Under the pieces are notes generated by a model. That model saw nothing but the letters and a program-made list of their open reading frames with translations, was not told where the DNA came from and searched no databases. Positions 25,432-32,000 of a stretch of DNA of 32,000 nucleotides are shown here, one piece after another (within the stretch, counting starts at the first letter, position 1; every line of letters begins with the position of its first letter). Location of the stretch: assembly GCF_000341395.1 (NCBI RefSeq), contig NC_020304.1, positions 1,710,001-1,742,000 of the forward strand, given 5' to 3'. Made by a program: the position numbers and the translations under genes. This DNA is from Desulfocapsa sulfexigens DSM 10523. GTDB taxonomy: Bacteria > Desulfobacterota > Desulfobulbia > Desulfobulbales > Desulfocapsaceae.

Positions 25432-25480
25432 TTCATTCCTGTTTCTCTTACTCCTTCGTTGATGAGGATGGTATTCTTCC

Positions 25481-26338
25481 ATGAAGATCTATTTAAAGAC
25501 ACTCACAGGCGTTGTCGCTGTCATGCTCTTTTTGTTGACACTCTCACCAGGAATGGCGCAACCCCCGCTGAAATTTTGCGTTTATCCCAGCAAGTCCCCT
25601 AAAGCGATTATTACCGTCTTCGAACCATTGGCAAAATTCCTCAGTGAAGCGACAGGACATCCTGTCAAGCTTGTCACTGCTCCAGACCAGGTCATTTTTC
25701 AAAAAAGGGCGTTGGAAGGTGAGTATGACCTGCTTCTTGCCTGCGTTGCCTGCTACTTCGAACTCCATGAAAAGAAAGGCTATTCTGCCATCGCCAGAGG
25801 AGAACCTTCCTTTACTGGAGGGATGTTCGTGAGGGAAGACAGTCCCATAACCAGGGTAGAAGATCTTCTGCACGGAAAACGGATAGGTGCTGTTAAACAA
25901 CATTCCTATGCAGGGTTTCTTTTCTGGCAGGAATATCTTGTGGAAAACAACCTCCAGACTAATCCAGCAGATCCATACGTTTTTCTCGGAACCCAGGATT
26001 CTATTGCCTATGGCATACTCAACCATAAAATTGATGCCGGCCTGTTCAGAACCAACTTTCTGGAAAGTCCCAAAATGAAATCCTTAAAAAACAAGTTCCG
26101 GCTTATTCTCAGATCGCCTGATATTCCCCACTTTCCTTTTGTTGTCTCTCCCAATCTTTCCAAGGAGCACGTCCGGCAGATCACAGAGAGCCTCACTTCC
26201 ATTACCGCAAATACTCCCCTGGGAAAAGCACTCTTTAAATCCATGGAAATTCAATCCATAGAGGCCATTTCCGACAGCGATTATGACACCTTTAAAGAAT
26301 CCTACAACAAGGCGGTGCAGGCCTGGAAAAAACGCTAA
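25481..26338 (+). CDS. PhnD-like (phosphate/phosphonate-type) periplasmic solute-binding protein, not linked to a transporter
   Basis: Signal peptide MKIYLKTLTGVVAVMLFLLTLSPGMA. LKFCVYPSKSP…FEPLAKFLSEATGHPVKLV parallels the PhnD N-terminal beta-alpha unit. No permease or ATPase gene is adjacent. The stop lies 10 nt before the kinase start. Confidence 0.75.
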   Translation: MKIYLKTLTGVVAVMLFLLTLSPGMAQPPLKFCVYPSKSPKAIITVFEPLAKFLSEATGHPVKLVTAPDQVIFQKRALEGEYDLLLACVACYFELHEKKGYSAIARGEPSFTGGMFVREDSPITRVEDLLHGKRIGAVKQHSYAGFLFWQEYLVENNLQTNPADPYVFLGTQDSIAYGILNHKIDAGLFRTNFLESPKMKSLKNKFRLILRSPDIPHFPFVVSPNLSKEHVRQITESLTSITANTPLGKALFKSMEIQSIEAISDSDYDTFKESYNKAVQAWKKR

Positions 26339-26348
26339 CGAGTAGCTA

Positions 26349-28607
26349 ATGCCCTCATTCCGCCTGCACACAATTCTTTTTGCAACCTTTGCTTCGATCA
26401 CCGTCCTTCTGACAGGTACGATCATCTTCTTCCATACCATGTCGATCAAAGAGCAGACAGCAAACGCGATTACCGAGTGGGGGAAATCAATCTCTCTAAG
26501 CGCTGCTCCTATTATTGTTGATTATATTCTTGAGGAAGATTACGCAGGGCTTGAGGAAGTTGTTCTTGGATACAGTACGACGCCATTAGTCCTCCATGCC
26601 CTTATAACAGATCCTGACGCCCTCATCCTTGCCGACTCTCAATTTTCAGAAATTGGAAACCACCTCCCCCTGCTTACCAGTGGGGCCTTTTTGCGACAGG
26701 ATGCCAAGGCCGATTCCTATGTTGAGCAGCAGGAAAACGCTTTTACAGTCACAACCCCTATCCTCTTCGAGGAGAAACTTTTCGGCTATGTCCATGTGAC
26801 CATATCCAAGAAGCTTTTTCTGGAACGCTCGCAGCTTCTCAAGAAGAAATCCATGCAGGCCGGAGCCTTCTGGGCTCTCCTCAGTCTCTTCTTTAGCTGG
26901 TTCCTGGCCGGGAGGCTAACCCGCTCACTGGAAATGATTGCAGGTTCCGCTACGCAGATAGCAGACGGTTCTTACCGTCTGGGGCCGAGACAAAAGGGAA
27001 TAGTGGAAATTGAAAATCTTTGTGACAGCCTGCAAAACATGTCTCTTACCCTTGAAGAAAGGGAGAATCGCCTCCTGACCGAACGGGAAAGATTGAGCGT
27101 CACCTTGAGAAGTATCGGCGATGCCGTTATCACTACGGATATCGATGGACAAATAACCCTGATGAACCGTGTGGCTGAAGCCCTCACTGGCTGGTCACAG
27201 GAGGAAGTACTGGGAACTTCTCTGGAGCAGGTTTTACGAATTACCGACAAGACAAGCGGAGAAGTTTGCGAGAGTCCTGTAAAAAAGGTGTTGAGCAGCG
27301 GTCTTGTTGAATATATTGACAACAAGACCCTCCTCACCGACAGGCAAAACAGGGAAAGAACCATCGCCGACAGTGCCGCCCCCATACGGGACAAGGATAG
27401 TAGAATCATCGGTGTTGTTATCGTGTTTCGTGACGTCACCGAACAACATATGCTGGAACAGGAAATCCTGAAGATGAAAAAGCTTGAATCCGTTGGTGTC
27501 CTCGCAGGTGGGATAGCTCATGACTTCAACAATATTCTTGCTGCCATTCTTGGGAACATCAATCTTGTCGCTCAGGATAAAGAGCTGGGAGAAAAGAGCA
27601 GAAAACTCCTGGATAGTGCGGAAAAGGCCTCCCTCAGGGCAAAAAATCTCACCCAGCAGCTCCTTACCTTTTCAAAGGGTGGAGAACCTGTCAAAGAGAC
27701 CTCATCTATTGCCGATATCATTCACGACTCCGCCGAATTCGTCCTGCACGGATCCAATGTCATCTGCAACTATACGATCCCCGAGGATCTTTGGTTGGTT
27801 GATGTGGATAAGGGGCAGATAGGCCAGGTTATTCAGAACATCATCCTCAATGGACGCCATGCGATGCCGGAAGGGGGAACCATTGAGGTGCATTGCGAAA
27901 ATATTTCCTCAGAGCAGATTCAGGGGACTCTCTACGCACCTGCGGCAGACTGCATTAGAATAAGGATCAAAGATACCGGAAAGGGTATTCCCAGCGACAT
28001 TATTGATCATATCTTTGATCCATTTTTCTCCACCAAACAAAAAGGGAGTGGACTGGGCCTGTCTATCTGCAGCTCAATCATCAAAAAACATAGTGGAATG
28101 ATTACAGTACAGTCAGTTCCTGGCAAGGGGACAGAGTTTATTGTCACCCTGCCAGCCTCTGGTAACGTTCAAAAGATTACCAAGGAACCGGTAACATCTA
28201 TTAAATCGCTCCCTGGCGCACGAGTCATGGTGATGGATGATGAAGAGTTGGTGTTGAATGTGGCTGAGGCGATGCTCACCACACTCGGTCAGGATGTTAT
28301 TCTGGTTCAGAATGGTTCTGAAGCATTAAAAGTGTACCAGGATCAGATGAAAAATGGAGCACCTGTGGATGTTGTTATCATGGACCTGACCATTCCAGGT
28401 GGCGTGGGGGGGAAAGAAGCAGTGCAGGACATCCTTGCTATAGATCCGGAGGCTCGTGTCATTGTCTCAAGCGGCTATTCCAACGATCCAATTATGGCCA
28501 ACTGGAGCCAGTACGGCTTTATCGCAGCACTGACCAAACCCTTTCAATTGGCTGACCTGGCTAAAGTGCTGGGCATGGCCCTGCAAGGAAGAGAAAAAAG
28601 GAGTTGA
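26349..28607 (+). CDS. hybrid sensor histidine kinase: TM, periplasmic domain, TM, HAMP, PAS, HisKA, HATPase_c, receiver
   Basis: Two TM helices (about aa 8-30 and about aa 170-190). PAS segment RSIGDAVITTDIDGQITLMNRVAEALTGW…FRDVTEQ. H-box GGIAHDFNNILAAILGN. G-box GSGLGLSICS. C-terminal REC (VMVMDDEE…IMDLTIPGG…TKPF). Confidence 0.85.
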   Translation: MPSFRLHTILFATFASITVLLTGTIIFFHTMSIKEQTANAITEWGKSISLSAAPIIVDYILEEDYAGLEEVVLGYSTTPLVLHALITDPDALILADSQFSEIGNHLPLLTSGAFLRQDAKADSYVEQQENAFTVTTPILFEEKLFGYVHVTISKKLFLERSQLLKKKSMQAGAFWALLSLFFSWFLAGRLTRSLEMIAGSATQIADGSYRLGPRQKGIVEIENLCDSLQNMSLTLEERENRLLTERERLSVTLRSIGDAVITTDIDGQITLMNRVAEALTGWSQEEVLGTSLEQVLRITDKTSGEVCESPVKKVLSSGLVEYIDNKTLLTDRQNRERTIADSAAPIRDKDSRIIGVVIVFRDVTEQHMLEQEILKMKKLESVGVLAGGIAHDFNNILAAILGNINLVAQDKELGEKSRKLLDSAEKASLRAKNLTQQLLTFSKGGEPVKETSSIADIIHDSAEFVLHGSNVICNYTIPEDLWLVDVDKGQIGQVIQNIILNGRHAMPEGGTIEVHCENISSEQIQGTLYAPAADCIRIRIKDTGKGIPSDIIDHIFDPFFSTKQKGSGLGLSICSSIIKKHSGMITVQSVPGKGTEFIVTLPASGNVQKITKEPVTSIKSLPGARVMVMDDEELVLNVAEAMLTTLGQDVILVQNGSEALKVYQDQMKNGAPVDVVIMDLTIPGGVGGKEAVQDILAIDPEARVIVSSGYSNDPIMANWSQYGFIAALTKPFQLADLAKVLGMALQGREKRS

Positions 28608-28734
28608 CCCCTGTGTTACCGTATGTGCTGAAGCTGACAGTTCGGATGTGGACAACAACCAAAACATGTCCTTCCCCATGGGCTCTTTTAAATTGTTGCC
28701 ATAAGGGCCACACTTTTTTTCCGCTGGAGTCATT

Positions 28735-29175
28735 ATGTTAATTCTTTTACGGATAGTAAAGAGAAGCACGAGTGCAATGCGTTACGGCCTTTTTCTCATG
28801 CTTTTTGTTTCCTCACAGATCTGTGTAGCCACGACCCTTTATGCGGAGGGGATTGCCATTACCAATCTACGAATGGTGTTTGATAATGGCAAGTCTGTTT
28901 TAAGCATTGAGCCCGGTGGGATGGTACAGGCCTATGCCATTATTAAATGACGTGGAACAGGAGTGCTTGAGGGGCAATGGAGAGTGAATGATCGTCTGCT
29001 CTCTCGTGTGCAGAAGCAATTGAACGGTTCACGTTCTTATACTGTGTCTACAGCACGGGTGCCTCCACTGCCTACAGAGCGGATGGGATCCTACCGACTT
29101 GAATTTATTATCACCGTACCTGCTGGCTCCCATAGGGAGCAGCTGGTGATCTATCATGTCATGGGGAAGCCCTGA
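28735..29175 (+). pseudogene. small secreted protein ORF interrupted by one in-frame TGA (28948-28950)
   Basis: ORFs 28735-28950 and 28963-29175 are in the same frame (both coordinates are 1 mod 3) and only a single TGA separates them. GGAG lies 7 nt before the ATG at 28735. A signal-peptide-like N-terminus is present. The sequence reads continuously across the stop: …VQAYAIIK*RGTGVLEGQWRVNDRLL…. Confidence 0.4.
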
Positions 29176-29281
29176 AAGATTTCTAAACCTCTCCAGAGCT
29201 ACATTAACAGCGAGTGCAGGGAGAATGCTGTGTGGGAATTGGCAAAACTCTCAGCTGCTGGGTTCTCCATAAACTATTTTT

Positions 29282-29911
29282 TTAAATAATCCCTTTTTTT
29301 CTAGCCTTTGAGAGGGCGTCTTTTCTGTTTTTGGCGTGGAGTTTTTCGTAAATTTTTTTGATATGAGAGTGGATGGTATGGGGACTGATGAACAGTATTT
29401 TTCCTAGTTCTTTATAGGTGTACCCCTGTTCCATTCCTTTCAGTATCTCTTTTTCCCTGGAGGTGAGAAGGAATGGTTCATCAACTGTATTGTCCTGGAA
29501 TTCATTGATCACAGCCCTTGCAATCTTCGGGCTCATCGGTGCGCCACCGGCTGCCAGTCCCCGTATAGCCTCCACCAGTTCTCGTGGCGTTGCCCCTTTC
29601 AGGATATAGCCGGAAGCACCTGCTTTTAGGGCTGAGAAAACAGTGTCACGGTTATCAAAAACTGTATGCACCAGGATATCCAGATCGGGACGTTCTGTTT
29701 TGATCTGTGAAATGAGGTCTATTCCTGACATTCCGGGTAGACCAATGTCAGCCAGGAGGAGATCGTAAGGAACAGAGTCAAGTTCTTCCAGAGTCTCTTC
29801 ACCGGTGGCAAAACTTGCCGTCACTGTAAAGCCAGGTTCTCCCACCAGCATCAGTTCCAAGTTTTCCCGCAGCATGGGATTATCTTCAACGATCACTATT
29901 TTTATACCCAT
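29282..29911 (-). CDS. NarL/FixJ(LuxR)-family two-component response regulator
   Basis: REC domain (IVIVEDNP…LLLADIGLPGMSG…ILKGA) plus a C-terminal LuxR-type HTH (LTSREKEILKGMEQGYTYKELGKILFISPHTIHSHIKKIYEKL). Confidence 0.9.
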   Translation of the reverse strand: MGIKIVIVEDNPMLRENLELMLVGEPGFTVTASFATGEETLEELDSVPYDLLLADIGLPGMSGIDLISQIKTERPDLDILVHTVFDNRDTVFSALKAGASGYILKGATPRELVEAIRGLAAGGAPMSPKIARAVINEFQDNTVDEPFLLTSREKEILKGMEQGYTYKELGKILFISPHTIHSHIKKIYEKLHAKNRKDALSKARKKGII

Positions 29912-29946
29912 CGTGATTTTCCTGTCTTTTTTTAGAGTAGGCTTTG

Positions 29947-32000
29947 TTAATCATCCTGTTCCTCGGACAATAGTGGTGGTGAAGCTGTGTTTAGCGGGAT
30001 CACCAGACTGATACTTGTCCCGTTTGTTCCATTGATAGCCAGCTTGCCGCCTAGTTGTACAACTCTATTCTTAATGTTGGGCAGCCCCCGACCCTGTCGT
30101 TTTTTTTGCAATAAGCCACTTCCGTTATCTTTTAGACTGCAATGAAGATTATCTTGCCCTACTTGCAGGGAGAGGTGAATTTCTTTTGCATTGGCGTGAC
30201 GAATGATATTGGTCATTCCTTCTTTTACAATTTTAAAGAGATTGAGTGCTAGAAGGACTGAGGGGCCAGGCACATCCTCCTGAATATCAGATTTCTTGAT
30301 GAATTGTAATTGATGGGACTCAGCAGCCTTGGCACAATACTGATGCAGGTCGGCAAAAAGACTTTCCCAGGTAACCGCCTTGGCGTCCAGGATATCCATA
30401 AAACTGCGGATCTCAAGTATCGAATCGTCACATATGTCGCTGATGTTTTTGAGAATGGTTTCTGTAGGTTGGGTAATGGTTCCATCAACAACCATCTGAG
30501 AGAGGAGTTTGATGTTTACCAGACTACCGCCGACTCCATCGTGGAGATCTTGAACCAGTTGTTTTTTGAGTTCGATACTTCGGTTTCGTTCACTGGTATC
30601 ACGGAGAATGGCAACGGTATGGACTTCTTTATTAATAGTAACCGGTGACAGGGTTACTTCCACCGTGCAATGTTTTCCCTGTTCATTGATAATCTCGAGT
30701 TCAACAGGATCTTTTCTGTTTTGCAGGGGGCGGGCAGAAAATTTCACCAAATCCCTTTGATCCCATGAAATTCCGGTCAGGTCATGGACATTTTTCCCCC
30801 CTTGCCTCCTCACTGGCAAGGGCGAAAAAATCTTCAGCTGCAGGATTGAGATAGGAAATCTCTCTTTTTTCGTTGATGAGGATAATGGCATCACTGGCCG
30901 CATTCGTGATGATACGGTACATTTTTTCCTGGGCACGGAGCTTTTCACTGTAGTTGGCAATGGACTGTTTCATTCGTTTGAAACCATCTGCTGTTTCCTG
31001 CAGTTCAGTAAAAACTGAGTTGAGAGTACAGTCAACCTGCAGATCCTGGTCTTCAATGGCCCGGGCCTCTTGCTGCAGACATTTGATTGGAGCAATAATA
31101 GCCCTGGCAAAACGAAAAGCAAGGATGGATGCGATGAGTGAGAGCAATACCGTGGCGATAAGATTAGTACGCCTGTTTGACCGTATCTTCCCAAGATAAT
31201 CTTCTTCCGGAAGGTACATGGCAACGATCCAGTCCAGTTCTGTTCCCGGAAAGGGAGTAAACATGGCCACAAAATCTTGCTTTTGAGCAGTGAAAGAAGT
31301 GAAGACTGGTTTTTTGAGATCGAAGAGAGATTCTGGCGCGATCTGATTGTTTACAGCTGCCATGGCCTTGCCGGTTTTTCCTACGCGGAGTTTGCCTACA
31401 AAGGACGATAGCTCCTTGAGGTCTATGTCAACACCAATAACACCTTTGAGGCTGTTGTCCTCCCAGTAAGAAGGTCCGGCAATAGTGACTCCTGGTTGTT
31501 TGGAGGTATAGAAGATATAGGGATCGGTCCAGCCTATTGCACGACTCTGCACTGCCTGTTTATACCAGGGGTGCTTGCGGGGGTCATAGGGGTCGGCTGG
31601 TGTTTGCTCGCGTTGTAATTCGCGGAAATTTTCATCTCGCCAGATCAGCATGACGCTTCTTTCTCTTTCATTGTGTCTGATTATCTTTGTCCTGAATCCA
31701 TTTTTTTTTTTGGCTTCGTTGCGACTCACGTAATAAAAAGAACCGTCAGGAGTCCCAAGATATATCCCGGCCAGGTGGGGGTGGATCTTTAGCTGATCAA
31801 AAAAATAACGCTCAAGAGAGCTTATGGTAAGCGTTCCAGTATTGAAAACGTTTGCACTGAGCAACTGTTTGGTGAGGGTGACGGCACCCTTTGCTTTTTC
31901 CAGATGATTATAGGACTGCTCCAAGGTGAAGTCGGAAATATTATCCATGATATCATGGGCATGACTATAAAATGTCTTCTCTGACAGAAGATAAAAGGAT
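29947..32000 (-). pseudogene. Cache-HAMP-PAS-HisKA_3-HATPase sensor kinase, reading frame broken by a 1-nt indel in a G6A5 run. The N-terminus lies beyond the right edge.
   Basis: The upstream part (30782-32000, frame open to the window end) carries the Cache motif YDPRKHPWYKQA, a TM helix, HAMP and the first half of a PAS domain, and ends …ASEEARGEKCP*. The downstream frame (to 29947) continues the PAS (KNVHDLTGISWDQ…AILRDTSERN), then a HisKA_3 H-box DLHDGVGGSL and an ATPase domain. The junction is the minus-strand tract GGGGGGAAAAA (plus strand T5C6 at 30791-30801). Removing one base restores a single ORF of more than 680 aa. The gene is cotranscribed with the NarL-type regulator downstream. 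Confidence 0.6.

Noticed and set aside
28948-28950. TGA as a selenocysteine codon
   Set aside because: There is no adjacent Cys/redox motif and only a weak 5-bp stem downstream where a SECIS-like hairpin would be expected. It is kept only as a minor alternative under the in-frame stop finding.
30802-30960. N-terminal ~53 aa of ORF-track entry 29947-30960 (MPTTVKSSVPRKKCTVSS…)
   Set aside because: This part overlaps the upstream kinase frame, which carries the real HAMP/PAS sequence. It is only the out-of-frame run-in to the frameshift site, not a genuine start.
1-32000. Search for CRISPR arrays, IS elements, integrases, prophage or defence-type genes, rRNA/tRNA
   Set aside because: I saw no regularly spaced direct repeats, no transposase, integrase or nuclease-like ORFs, and no tRNA or rRNA signatures by eye. 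The only repeats retained are the phn-flanking pair and the intragenic MORN units.

Overview
This looks like chromosomal bacterial DNA. I recognised no rRNA, tRNA, CRISPR array, transposase or integrase. The gene content (multihaem c-type cytochromes, many Cache/PAS hybrid kinases) resembles an anaerobic Desulfobacterota-type genome, but that is inference only. Contents in order: (i) 1-1301: a partial putative anti-sigma gene and an ECF sigma factor (both minus strand), with a divergent thiol peroxidase gene tpx. (ii) 1610-5208: a translationally coupled pair of CydA-like (cytochrome bd superfamily) membrane proteins, the second fused to eight CxxCH haem c sites. This is the most unusual locus in the window. 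(iii) 5314-5697: an orphan ORF. (iv) 6102-16354: a complete 13-gene phosphonate uptake plus C-P lyase operon, phnCDE-GHIJKLM-(hexapeptide acyltransferase)-phnN-(DUF1045/2H-phosphoesterase-like). It is visibly more GC-rich than its flanks and is bracketed by a bipartite direct repeat. (v) 16.4-17.7 kb: an AT-rich scar region with small ORFs and a degraded acr3 arsenite-carrier relic. (vi) htrA/degP, a small hypothetical, a MORN-repeat lipoprotein and a YbiT-like ABC-F ATPase. (vii) 23-32 kb: a signalling cluster. It holds a Cache hybrid kinase, a PhnD-like binding protein with a PAS hybrid kinase, a secreted ORF split by an in-frame TGA, and a NarL-type response regulator. It ends with a Cache/HAMP/PAS/HisKA_3 kinase that is broken by a 1-nt frameshift in a G6A5 tract and runs off the right edge. 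All functional calls rest on my reading of the translated ORFs and on family motifs recalled from memory. No database search or computation was possible.
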